Origin: Bacteroidota bacterium
GTDB lineage: Bacteria; Bacteroidota; Bacteroidia; Chitinophagales; Saprospiraceae
Direction: 5' to 3'
DNA: 64,000 bases
Assembly: GCA_039199225.1 (NCBI GenBank)
Contig: JBCCSZ010000001.1
Coordinates: 7,523 to 71,522, forward strand
A program made the translations under genes and the position numbers. The notes beneath the pieces were generated by a model that made no database searches, was not told the DNA's origin, and was given only the letters and a program-made list of their open reading frames with translations. Below are positions 36,455 through 45,543 of the stretch, in pieces. The stretch's first letter is position 1, and every line of letters begins with the position of its first letter.

Positions 36455-38320
36455 ATGCAAAAAGGACAGATATCTGTACAAACGGAGAATATATTTCCCA
36501 TCATCAAGCAGTTTTTGTATTCCGATCAGGAGATTTTCTTGCGGGAATTGATCGCCAATGCGGTTGATGCCACTTCCAAACTCAAGGCATTGGCCAACCG
36601 CGGAGATGTCAAAGGCGACATCGGCAATCCCATCATCGAAATCGTCCTCGATAAAGAGGCCAAAACTCTTACCATCAAGGATCAAGGAATTGGGATGACT
36701 TCTGCCGAGGTAGAAAAATACCTCAACCAAGTAGCCTTTTCCAGTGCCAAGGAATTCCTCAAGAAATACGAAAACGAAAGCAGCATCATCGGTCACTTCG
36801 GACTTGGATTTTATTCTGCTTTTATGGTGGCCGAACGAGTAGAGGTTGTCACCAAAACCTACAAGAAGACGCCAAAGGCTGCCCGTTGGACCTGCGACGG
36901 TACTCCTGAATATACCTTGGATGAAGATTCGCGTAAGGATCGTGGAACAGATGTCATCTTGCACATCAGCGAAGACAGTGTCGAATACCTGGAAAACAGC
37001 CGAATCCAATCCCTTTTGGATAAGTACTGTAAGTTTTTGCCAGTTCCCATCAAATTTGGTACGAAGACAGAAACAGTTTACGAAGGCGAAGGAGACGACA
37101 AGGAAGCCAAAGAGACAGAAGTCGACAACTTCATCAATAATACCAACCCAGCCTGGAAGCGCTCCCCTCGTAGTTTGAAAGAGGCAGATTACAAGTCTTT
37201 CTACCAGGAGCTCTATCCCTACAGCCAAGAACCTTTATTCTGGATTCACCTCAACATTGACTTTCCATTCAATCTGACAGGAGTACTCTACTTTCCAAGG
37301 CTCAACAACTCATTGGAAGTACAGAAGAATAAGATTCAATTGTACAGCAATCAGGTGTATGTGACGGATGATGTTAAGGAAATTGTACCTGAATTTTTGA
37401 CCTTACTGCACGGAGTGATTGATTCGCCAGATATTCCTCTGAACGTATCCAGAAGTTATCTGCAGAGCGATCAAAACGTCAAGAAAATTTCTGGTTACAT
37501 CACGAAGAAAGTAGCAGATAAGCTGGCGAACCTCTTCAAAAAAGATCGGGAAGATTTCCAATCTAAGTGGAAAGACCTTGGGGTGTTTATCAAGTATGGA
37601 ATGTTGTCGGACGAGAAATTCCATGATAAAGCCATGAAGTTTGCGGTTTTGAAAAACATTGACAATGAGTTTTCTACCTTAGAAGAGTACAGAGAGAAGA
37701 CCAAAGCCACTCAGACCGATAAATACGACAAGCAGGTTTTCATCTACACCAACAATCCTGCAAATCACCACAGTTTCATCCAAGGTGCCAAGAACAAGGG
37801 GTATGACGTCCTAGAGTTTGACAATGTCATTGACAATCACTTTATGCAGCACTTGGAGCAGAAGATGGATGGGGTTACCTTTGTAAGGGTCGATTCAGAT
37901 ATTCCAGATAATCTCGTGCAGAAGGATGAAGAGCGCGAATCTGTTTTGAGTGAGAAAGAAATTGAAAAGGTCAAGGCGCTGTTCGAAGGGCAGGTCAAGG
38001 CACAAGGGGCCAGCGTACAGCTGAAACCGCTTTCTTCCGAAGACCAGCCGGTTTTGATTACTCGTCCGGAATTCATGCGGCGAATGAAAGAAATGCAGGC
38101 CATGCAAGGTATGCAGTTTGGAAATATGCCTGACAGCTACAACTTGGTGGTCAATACCAACCACCCATTGGTCGCAGAAAAGTTGTTGAAAATGCGGAAT
38201 CAGGAGAAGAAGGAAGATTTTGTGGATCACTTGACCAACTTGGCATTGCTCAACCAGGGTATGTTGACGGGAGAGGCATTGACCAACTTTATCTCCAAGA
38301 GTATTGAATACTTGAAATAA
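36455..38320 (+). CDS. htpG: molecular chaperone HtpG (Hsp90)
   Basis: 621 aa. The N-terminus IFLRELIANAVDA...DQGIGMT is a GHKL ATPase of the Hsp90 type. Confidence 0.95.
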   Translation: MQKGQISVQTENIFPIIKQFLYSDQEIFLRELIANAVDATSKLKALANRGDVKGDIGNPIIEIVLDKEAKTLTIKDQGIGMTSAEVEKYLNQVAFSSAKEFLKKYENESSIIGHFGLGFYSAFMVAERVEVVTKTYKKTPKAARWTCDGTPEYTLDEDSRKDRGTDVILHISEDSVEYLENSRIQSLLDKYCKFLPVPIKFGTKTETVYEGEGDDKEAKETEVDNFINNTNPAWKRSPRSLKEADYKSFYQELYPYSQEPLFWIHLNIDFPFNLTGVLYFPRLNNSLEVQKNKIQLYSNQVYVTDDVKEIVPEFLTLLHGVIDSPDIPLNVSRSYLQSDQNVKKISGYITKKVADKLANLFKKDREDFQSKWKDLGVFIKYGMLSDEKFHDKAMKFAVLKNIDNEFSTLEEYREKTKATQTDKYDKQVFIYTNNPANHHSFIQGAKNKGYDVLEFDNVIDNHFMQHLEQKMDGVTFVRVDSDIPDNLVQKDEERESVLSEKEIEKVKALFEGQVKAQGASVQLKPLSSEDQPVLITRPEFMRRMKEMQAMQGMQFGNMPDSYNLVVNTNHPLVAEKLLKMRNQEKKEDFVDHLTNLALLNQGMLTGEALTNFISKSIEYLK

Positions 38321-38403
38321 CTCGGATTGTAACTGGCTTGAGGCGCAAAGCGTTGTCCTCTGCCCATCGCAATTTGAACAAGATAAACGTATAACATAAT
38401 GGT

Positions 38404-38446
38404 AATAGAGACCGGCAATTGAGACTGTCGGTTTCTATTCTTTTTT
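38404..38446 (+). terminator. intrinsic terminator after htpG, overlapping the 3' end of the convergent gene
   Basis: AATAGAGACCG...CGGTTTCTATT forms an 11-bp stem with one G-U pair, followed by CTTTTTT. Confidence 0.6.
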
Positions 38447-39226
38447 AGGGAGTTTGTCTAGTAATGTTTTGACCTCTTCTTTGTAGTATCCATCCTCAAG
38501 GCGTTGCAAATCCATCAATATTTCGCGGGCTTCTTCCAATTGACCTGCCTTGATATGTGCCAGTGAAGCATACCAGCTGGCATCTTCGTAATAGTCTGTG
38601 CTGTTGAGGCGGACGATTTCCAACTTTTCTGCTGCCTCTAGGGCCTGCCCATTTTCCAAATAAGCCAATCCCAACAAGAGGGTTGCCTGTACGTCTTCCG
38701 AATGGGCCATCAGATGATCTTCCAGCAATGGGATGCTTTGTAGATAAGCACCTTGCTGATAGGCTTCGAGCCCTTCCTTAAAAGCATTGGTATTGGTATT
38801 GGTATTGGTATTCCCCTCTACGGAGCGGATGGCTGCCAGATTCTCGGGAAGGAAGCTTTCGTGGTAAGCCTGGTACAGCCGTTCGGAGGTACCAGATTGC
38901 CAGTAGAGCCAGACGGCGGAAATGAGCAATAGAACGCTGGCTGCTGCCGCCACAGCTGGAAACAGGCGCCGGCGCTTGACTGTGGACTTTTTTACGACTT
39001 CTAGTGGTGGACTCGCAGTAGGAAAAGCTTGCTGCAAAGTACCGAGTTGGCCATCTTCCTCAAAATTGTGCAGGTTGGCATAACCCTCCACCGCATCACT
39101 GCAAAGCGGGCAGTCCAAGAGGTGGTTCTCAATTCGATAGCGATCCGCTTCGTCCAATTCTTCCCGGAGATATTGGCGAATGTCTTGGCTGGTCAGGCAA
39201 TCTGTAGATTGAAATATTTTTTTCAT
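38435..39226 (-). CDS. anti-sigma factor (zf-HC2-like N-terminus, one TM helix, TPR-like C-terminus)
   Basis: 263 aa. The N-terminal part has the HC2 pattern H...C..C (HLLDCPLCSDAVEG) and a central TM (AVAAAASVLLLISAVWLYW). It lies directly downstream of the ECF sigma gene. Confidence 0.7.
   Translation of the reverse strand: MKKIFQSTDCLTSQDIRQYLREELDEADRYRIENHLLDCPLCSDAVEGYANLHNFEEDGQLGTLQQAFPTASPPLEVVKKSTVKRRRLFPAVAAAASVLLLISAVWLYWQSGTSERLYQAYHESFLPENLAAIRSVEGNTNTNTNTNAFKEGLEAYQQGAYLQSIPLLEDHLMAHSEDVQATLLLGLAYLENGQALEAAEKLEIVRLNSTDYYEDASWYASLAHIKAGQLEEAREILMDLQRLEDGYYKEEVKTLLDKLPKKE
38786..38812. repeat. hexanucleotide microsatellite (ATTGGT)x4.5 inside the anti-sigma gene
   Basis: Read directly from the sequence. 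It encodes NTNTNTNTN on the minus strand and is in frame. Confidence 0.9.
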
Positions 39227-39234
39227 AGAGCGAG

Positions 39235-39831
39235 CTAGGATTGCAGTTGTTCTAATTGTTGTCGCAGTTGCCGCTTACCGTTTTGCAAGTGACTTTTGAC
39301 CTGTTTGATGTCCAGCGCCAGTTTTGAGGCGATTTCCTTGTAAGAATACCCGTCAAAGAAGAAAAGGCGCATGCATTGTCGGCGTTTTTCTGGCATTTTC
39401 TTTAGAATCAGCTTAACCATACGTCTTTCTTTGTCCCGTTCTTCCTCTTCCGAAAGCTGTTCGAATTGTATCAGAAAGTCAGCTTCTGGTGCTTGTCGTT
39501 GGCCCCATTCCTCTCCCTTTTCTCTGTCTACCCGTCGATCGCGAATGCGATTGTTGCATTCGTTCCGAATGAGTACATATAACCAGACTTTAAAAGATTT
39601 CACAGTGGAGGAGGGAAGTTTCTTCAAAATTTTTTCGAAAAGGTCCATAGCCAGGTCGCGACTCTCTTCTTCGTCTTCCAAGTATTTCAGGCAGGCACCG
39701 TAAACCAGGTGTACGTAACGACCATACAACTCTGTGATGAACATGGTCTGTTGACTGTGTTGGTAATGGCGTACAAGCCGGTCGTCGGACCAGGACTGCA
39801 AGTCCTTGTTTTCCGTAGGTGTAAAAAACAT
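39235..39831 (-). CDS. ECF-type RNA polymerase sigma-70 family factor
   Basis: I prefer ATG 39831 (198 aa), because the upstream extension to 39921 would run into the neighbouring terminator. It has region 2 (LVYGACLKYL...DLFEKI) and a region 4 HTH (YSYKEIASKL). Confidence 0.85.
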   Translation of the reverse strand: MFFTPTENKDLQSWSDDRLVRHYQHSQQTMFITELYGRYVHLVYGACLKYLEDEEESRDLAMDLFEKILKKLPSSTVKSFKVWLYVLIRNECNNRIRDRRVDREKGEEWGQRQAPEADFLIQFEQLSEEEERDKERRMVKLILKKMPEKRRQCMRLFFFDGYSYKEIASKLALDIKQVKSHLQNGKRQLRQQLEQLQS

Positions 39832-39924
39832 TAAGATATCCCTTCTGATGTGCGAATGAGCCGTTTGGCGAATGGCAAAAAGGGCCGCGCCTTGGACTAC
39901 AAAATCAAGTGATGAACTCAAAAT

Positions 39925-39965
39925 AAAAAAAAGTGCCTGGAAAAAAGACTTCCAGGCACTTTTTT
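39925..39965 (-). terminator. bidirectional intrinsic terminator after the DUF4837-like gene
   Basis: AGTGCCTGGAA-AAAAGAC-TTCCAGGCACT forms an 11-bp stem flanked by an A-run (39925-31) and a T-run (39961-65). Confidence 0.7.
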
Positions 39966-39990
39966 GCTTTCGGAGGAAAGCGACCCAACG

Positions 39991-41070
39991 TTAAGGAATC
40001 TCTATGCTGGAAAAGATAAGCTCCAGGTTCTGCATGTATTTTCGTTTGGCCTTCCCAGGCGCATGGATGAAGCCATCGACAAAAATTAATTCTTTTGAAT
40101 TGGGTTTATGAATCAGATAACTGATGAAAGGACCACCCATAAAGTCGTTGACAATTTCCCAGATGCCACGAGCTTCCAATACGTAGTAATCTTTGAGTTC
40201 GATTTGCTTGGTAAACATGGGGAGGTCGACATCGTTGATGCGCATGTAGGTATCTTCCACTTCTGAGCTAACATATTTTCGGCCCAGCGAATCGCGGATG
40301 CCTTTGATGCCTTCCTTGCTCAGTTGGGAAACATCTTGATACGGTACCTTATGGATCATAATGTTGCTACTCAGAAACTCTGTTTCCTTGCGCAGCCAGG
40401 CAGCGTCGCCATCATTGACAGCCAGGAAAAAATCGGCCGGTATCTGCATATCGATGCCAAAGGAGCTGAGCATTTCCTCTTTGAGCTTGTAGTTTTCTCC
40501 CTTTTGATAAACGTTGGCTTCTATCTGTACAAGGTCGGCTTTGTGGATGCGTTTGGCTGCTGCGGGGAAGTTGCTGCGAATGTTGTCGATGAGCCCTTGG
40601 TTTCCGTGAGCAAAAAGATAGATCAACAACTGACCGCTGGCCCACTTATCATGTCCTACTCGGGTACGTCGGCTGTCCTTATTGCCAGTTTGCATGGCGT
40701 TTTCATTGCCAATATCGTTGAAAATCAATTGGCTGGTGGATGAGCTTTTTTGGTCGAGGTCGCCAAGTATGACATAGTTGCGCAGTTCTTTTCGAACAGG
40801 GTCCTCGTTCAGTTCTTCTGGTGTGAAGTGCTTAAGATCAAAAATTGGTTCAGGCTGTGGTAGTATGGGGTAGGCCGAACCGAAGTAGTAGCGGAACGTA
40901 TCGCCTACGGCACCCTCCCATAGGGCTTTGTCGGCCACCACTACCACCTGGTTGATCTTACCGAACGCAGTTGTTGAAGGAGCCAGCTGTTTGCTAAGAT
41001 CGGCAGAACAACCGATGAGTAAGCAAGCCAAACTCACAAACAAGAACCCATTGCGGAGTTTATTTCTCAT
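39991..41070 (-). CDS. DUF4837-like lipoprotein
   Basis: ATG 41070 gives MRNKLRNGFLFVSLACLLIGCS, a lipobox. About 359 aa. The family assignment is from memory. Confidence 0.55.
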   Translation of the reverse strand: MRNKLRNGFLFVSLACLLIGCSADLSKQLAPSTTAFGKINQVVVVADKALWEGAVGDTFRYYFGSAYPILPQPEPIFDLKHFTPEELNEDPVRKELRNYVILGDLDQKSSSTSQLIFNDIGNENAMQTGNKDSRRTRVGHDKWASGQLLIYLFAHGNQGLIDNIRSNFPAAAKRIHKADLVQIEANVYQKGENYKLKEEMLSSFGIDMQIPADFFLAVNDGDAAWLRKETEFLSSNIMIHKVPYQDVSQLSKEGIKGIRDSLGRKYVSSEVEDTYMRINDVDLPMFTKQIELKDYYVLEARGIWEIVNDFMGGPFISYLIHKPNSKELIFVDGFIHAPGKAKRKYMQNLELIFSSIEIP

Positions 41071-41232
41071 AAAGGTTGGAATTTTTGATGATGCAAAATC
41101 GAGCATATAAATATAGGTATTGGGGCTGAGATCAGAAAGTCTATCTATAACACAACCGCCAGAATACTTTGGTTTTTATTACACTCGAATAGATGCATCC
41201 ACCAACGCTTTTGGTGTATTTGTCAATTGAGC

Positions 41233-42171
41233 TTACTCGTAGAAGGCCGTGACTTTGGTAACCGTTTTGCTGGGGTCTTCCTGTCCATTTGGATCAGAAA
41301 TGTACTCCTCGACCGTCGGTGGGACCATCACTAGGCCGTTTTGCGACATGTATTGGTTGATGGCTATATGGGCTTTTGAGATATTTTCCGGATTGCCCTT
41401 GAATTCTACCTGGACAGCCTTTTTGGCCGGCAGCTTAAAAGCGACCATTTCTTTGTCGAGGTCCTGAGCAGCCCTTACGGGAATGGCGGCGGCCACATCG
41501 ACAATTCCTCCCTGCTCGTCCCAATCGTAAAACAATGCTGTTGGATTGCCATTGACAACCAGTCCGCTAGTTTGTGCCGTACTGTAGATCAGTGGAAAGT
41601 AGTTGGCAAAATGCCCGGGCATTTCGCGCATGTTGATGCGCTTGCGGCAAATGACAAAATCAGTTGCTGGGTACTGAATTTTATATACCTCTAATCCAGT
41701 ATTGCCAACAGTTGTCCTTTGCATGGCTTGGTTCAGGCCGGCATTTTGTCTTTCGCATACGCCCCTCAGCTTCTCCAAGGAAGCTTTGATGTCACTTTTT
41801 ATCTGGCGCTGTTTGTTCCAGCCAGCCAGGCGGGCCATGGGGCTGCTTCCGAGCGAGGCATCGTATTTCCAATCCACCTTTACGCCATTGTTGGCTTTTT
41901 CGAAGCGCCATACGCTTTTGCCATCGAGGCCATCGTAATTCATACGGCCTACCACAAGGCTGACGGGCTTGAAATCTGTAATGGTGCAGTTGCTACCTTG
42001 AGGCAACCAGGCTGCCATGTTTTCTTCTTTACTAACTTGTAGAAAAATAGACTGCTGAGGCGCACCAGTAATTATAATGAAGTCTTCCGCCATCACGTGG
42101 GAAGGGAGTAGATAGATGCCGATACTTGCGACAACTAAAAGACCGATGGCTCCATAAAGAATACGTTGCAT
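41233..42171 (-). CDS. membrane-anchored SRPBCC-like plus GyrI-like (effector-binding) two-domain protein
   Basis: ATG 42171 (MQRILYGAIGLLVVASIGIYLL). The C-terminal half resembles AraC-effector/GyrI-like domains. Confidence 0.55.
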   Translation of the reverse strand: MQRILYGAIGLLVVASIGIYLLPSHVMAEDFIIITGAPQQSIFLQVSKEENMAAWLPQGSNCTITDFKPVSLVVGRMNYDGLDGKSVWRFEKANNGVKVDWKYDASLGSSPMARLAGWNKQRQIKSDIKASLEKLRGVCERQNAGLNQAMQRTTVGNTGLEVYKIQYPATDFVICRKRINMREMPGHFANYFPLIYSTAQTSGLVVNGNPTALFYDWDEQGGIVDVAAAIPVRAAQDLDKEMVAFKLPAKKAVQVEFKGNPENISKAHIAINQYMSQNGLVMVPPTVEEYISDPNGQEDPSKTVTKVTAFYE

Positions 42172-42294
42172 GTTCTTATAATTTTTTATTGATCCTGCAA
42201 AATTATAACCAATTCTGTTAGCCCCAAAGAAAAACTTCCTGCTTGTCGACATTTGCAAGCAGGAAGTTCCATGTTTCGAAGCGGTAGTGCCTTT

Positions 42295-43266
42295 TTAGAA
42301 CAGGCTTTCGATCACCTTTTCTTCGGTGATGCCCTCTGCTTCGGCTTTGTAGTTGCGGACGATGCGGTGGCGCAAAACATATTTGGCAATGGCCTGTACA
42401 TCTTCTATGTCCGGAGAGTATTTTCCATTGATGGCCGCATGACACTTGGCGCCCAGCACCAGGTACTGAGAGGCGCGAGGACCTGCACCCCAGCTGATGT
42501 AATTGTTCACCTTTTCGGTAGCTCGCTGGGTGTTTGGACGTGTTTTGGTGGCCAAGCCTACGGCGTATTCGAGTACATTGTCGGCGATCGGTATCTTGCG
42601 GATGAGTTGCTGATAGAACAAAATCTGCTTACTGCTGACAATGTGCTTGAGGTCGTAATTGATGGAGGCAGTCGTAGACTTAACAACTTGGATTTCTTCT
42701 TCGTAAGAAGGATAATCGAGCGGAATGTTGAACATGAAGCGGTCGAGCTGTGCCTCTGGAAGCGGATAAGTTCCTTCCTGTTCGATGGGGTTTTGGGTGG
42801 CCAAAACGAAGAAAGGCGCTGGCAGCGGATAGCGTCGTCCGCTCACAGTAACCACCCGCTCCTGCATGGCTTCGAGCAATGCCGCCTGTGTCTTTGGAGG
42901 GGTCCGGTTGATCTCCTCTGCCAGTAGTACGTTGGCAAATACCGGCCCTTTGTTGAACTTGAAGTTGCGGTCTTCACCCAGGATTTCGGAGCCCGTAATA
43001 TCAGAAGGCATCAAGTCGGGAGTAAATTGGATGCGTTTAAAGTCGAGATCAAGCACTTCTGCGATGGTACTTACCAGGAGGGTCTTCGCCAAACCGGGAA
43101 CACCAACCAGCAGGCTGTGTCCATTGCTAAAAAGAGAAATGATAACAGTTCGAACAACATCTTCCTGACCGACGATCACCTTGCCAATTTCTTTTGACAA
43201 ATCCCTGTAAGATTGTGCCAAGGCATCTACAGCTTCTACTTCAGATTTGTATACGGTATCCTGCAT
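42295..43266 (-). CDS. MoxR-family AAA+ ATPase
   Basis: 323 aa with Walker A (GVPGLAKT), Walker B (LLAEEINR), and PLPEAQLDRF. Confidence 0.9.
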   Translation of the reverse strand: MQDTVYKSEVEAVDALAQSYRDLSKEIGKVIVGQEDVVRTVIISLFSNGHSLLVGVPGLAKTLLVSTIAEVLDLDFKRIQFTPDLMPSDITGSEILGEDRNFKFNKGPVFANVLLAEEINRTPPKTQAALLEAMQERVVTVSGRRYPLPAPFFVLATQNPIEQEGTYPLPEAQLDRFMFNIPLDYPSYEEEIQVVKSTTASINYDLKHIVSSKQILFYQQLIRKIPIADNVLEYAVGLATKTRPNTQRATEKVNNYISWGAGPRASQYLVLGAKCHAAINGKYSPDIEDVQAIAKYVLRHRIVRNYKAEAEGITEEKVIESLF

Positions 43267-43410
43267 ATTAAAAGCGGTTTAAGTCTTTATTTAACACCAA
43301 CCGGCTTATCCGGCAATGGGTTCCTATTATTTTTACATCTAATCTGTAACGCGCTACGCTTAGCCTTTGTTTCGTAAGCTTTGTTTTTATTAAAACGTCT
43401 CAAATACTCC

Positions 43411-44115
43411 TCATTTACATTCCCAAAGCATATCTGCCAATGGATAAGATTTGCCCCTGTAAGAGTAATGCCACCATTCCGTTCGGATAGGGCTTAGCTC
43501 TATGGTCGCCATTGTTTCTTTTAATAGTCGCCGATTGGCCAACACGGTGGAATCCAAGTCGGTATAATCGTGGTATGCCTCGCGGCCAAAGTAATCGTAG
43601 TCGGTTCCCATGTCCAGCTCTTTTCCGTCTTGGTCCACGATGGTCAAATCGACGGCGCTTCCTCGATTGTGCATGGAGCCTTTGGAAGGTGGCGTAACAT
43701 ATCGGGCATCTGGTACTTTTTCCCACAGCTTCTCCTGTACGGGTCGTGGGCGATAACAGTCGAATACTTTTAAGCCCAGTCCTTTTTGCTGCAATTCCCT
43801 TTGTGCGCTGACCATTCGATAAGCCACTTCGGGACGTAACAAGCAGCGGGGACATTCGTATAGTTGCTCCTTGACAAAATTATTAGAGGTGGCGTAACGA
43901 ATATCTTTCATGATGCTTGGGTCCAACCATTGTAGATCAATCCATTGGGTCGTATCCAGCTCCGTTGTCGGTTGTTGGATTGTGTCGGTTGTTGGTTCCT
44001 CTACGGGTAGGGGTACTTCTGTTTGGGCTGGCTGCTCGGGAGCTTTGGGTTTCTCTGGACCACAGGCTCCGAGTAGCAACAGAAATATCAATGGAAAGAG
44101 GGAGGAGGTATTCAT
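43411..44115 (-). CDS. M15-family D-alanyl-D-alanine dipeptidase (VanX/DdpX-like) lipoprotein
   Basis: I prefer ATG 44115 (MNTSSLFPLIFLLLLGAC). Motifs are CYRPRPVQ, SMHNRGSAVDL and EWWHY. Confidence 0.8.
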   Translation of the reverse strand: MNTSSLFPLIFLLLLGACGPEKPKAPEQPAQTEVPLPVEEPTTDTIQQPTTELDTTQWIDLQWLDPSIMKDIRYATSNNFVKEQLYECPRCLLRPEVAYRMVSAQRELQQKGLGLKVFDCYRPRPVQEKLWEKVPDARYVTPPSKGSMHNRGSAVDLTIVDQDGKELDMGTDYDYFGREAYHDYTDLDSTVLANRRLLKETMATIELSPIRTEWWHYSYRGKSYPLADMLWECK

Positions 44116-44119
44116 AGGG

Positions 44120-45511
44120 TTATTCGCCAAATAGTTTTTTGAGTTCCTGGTGAAGCATTTCGCCTCTTAGGTTCCGGGCGATGATCCGTCCCTCTCGGTC
44201 GAGCAAAACCGTATGTGGAATAGAGCTAACGCTGTACAAACGAGCTGCAGAGCTGCTCCAGCCCTTCAGGTCGCTGACGTGTTTCCACTCCAGGCCGTCG
44301 GCTTCAATGGCATTTAGCCAGCGTTTCTTCTGGCGATCCAGGCTCACGCCCAGTATTTCGAAGCCTTTGTCTTTGTACTTATTATACAATTTGACCACGT
44401 TGGGATTTTCCTTGCGGCAAGGTCCGCACCAGCTCGCCCAAAAGTCTACAAGAACGACCTTACCTTTCATTTCACTCAAGCTCAGTGCTTGATCATCGGG
44501 TGTTTTGAGGGTAAAATCAGGGGCCTGCGCACCTACGACGAAGCTCTGAGCGGCAACGACTTGCTGCTTCAAGCCCTCAATCGCCAGCGACTTATCGGCT
44601 GCATAGCGGTCAGTAAATTGTTTGCCATATTCCAAAAAAGCCGGATGGTTCTTAGATTGCAGACCGACAGCCGTACCGCCAAGTGCATAGCGATAAGCCC
44701 TCGAATCCTTGGGTACCTTTATCAGCAGGCTGTCTACGAAAGCCATCATTTGCTCCTTTGGGAGTCGGACACTGGCCAGGGTCTGTGTATAATTTTTGAA
44801 GCCTTCAAAAAGGTAGGGAATGCCGTTGTAATCCGAACTGGTCAAATCAGTGTTTTTGAAGAAAGTATTGGCATAGTGTAGAACTTCATTTTGGTATCCG
44901 GCCGAGTCGGTAAAAAAGCTTTGATAGGAATCAATGGCGGTGACGCGAGCGACAAAGGGATTTTGCTGACGGATGCTATCCAACAAGGCCCTTTTCTTTT
45001 GGTCCACCAGCTGGATTTTGGCGATGGCTTCCTGGCGTTTTTCCAGGTTGTTGAAGTTTCTTTGCAGCAGTCGAACAGCCGAATTCATCTCTATGTTGTT
45101 CTGCCGAGTCTTCATCATTGACTGTTCGTACATTTCATTCAGTGGAGATTCCGTTACCTTAGCCACACGGATGCTGTTGCAATTGCCGCTGAAGACGATT
45201 TTATCTTCATTGCCGATCAGTACAGCCTTCTTATCCTTTTCGTTTGTACCGATGTACAGAAAGCGAGCCTCTGTGCGTGGCAGGGTGAAGCGCACTGTAT
45301 CGTTTGTCAGAGCGAATGATTGGAGTGTCCGGAAGTAAATGCCCTCGAATTGCATCAGTCGAAGAGAATCTTTACAGCCTTTGAGGGCGCAAACGATTTC
45401 GACAGGCTTTGGTGGCTCGACGACCTTTGGTGTATTGGCTTGTTGACTTATGGGCTGTGGAGCCTTACATGCGAAGAGCAACAAAGCCAGGGAGAGGTAT
45501 AGATATTTCAT
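44120..45511 (-). CDS. TlpA-family thiol:disulfide oxidoreductase with an N-terminal DUF4369-like domain
   Basis: 463 aa with VLVDFWASWCGPCRKENP, a CxxC redoxin motif. Confidence 0.85.
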   Translation of the reverse strand: MKYLYLSLALLLFACKAPQPISQQANTPKVVEPPKPVEIVCALKGCKDSLRLMQFEGIYFRTLQSFALTNDTVRFTLPRTEARFLYIGTNEKDKKAVLIGNEDKIVFSGNCNSIRVAKVTESPLNEMYEQSMMKTRQNNIEMNSAVRLLQRNFNNLEKRQEAIAKIQLVDQKKRALLDSIRQQNPFVARVTAIDSYQSFFTDSAGYQNEVLHYANTFFKNTDLTSSDYNGIPYLFEGFKNYTQTLASVRLPKEQMMAFVDSLLIKVPKDSRAYRYALGGTAVGLQSKNHPAFLEYGKQFTDRYAADKSLAIEGLKQQVVAAQSFVVGAQAPDFTLKTPDDQALSLSEMKGKVVLVDFWASWCGPCRKENPNVVKLYNKYKDKGFEILGVSLDRQKKRWLNAIEADGLEWKHVSDLKGWSSSAARLYSVSSIPHTVLLDREGRIIARNLRGEMLHQELKKLFGE

Positions 45512-45543
45512 GCTTCCGGTTTGAATGAGGATACAAAGTTACA

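Noticed and set aside
36449-37228. A 259-aa ORF antisense to htpG. Similar long antisense ORFs lie at 4984-5700, 18594-19337, 42253-42927, 31735-32526, 32731-33330 and 58339-59010.
   Set aside because: Each lies entirely inside a confidently identified gene on the other strand and has a low-complexity or atypical composition. These are shadow ORFs.
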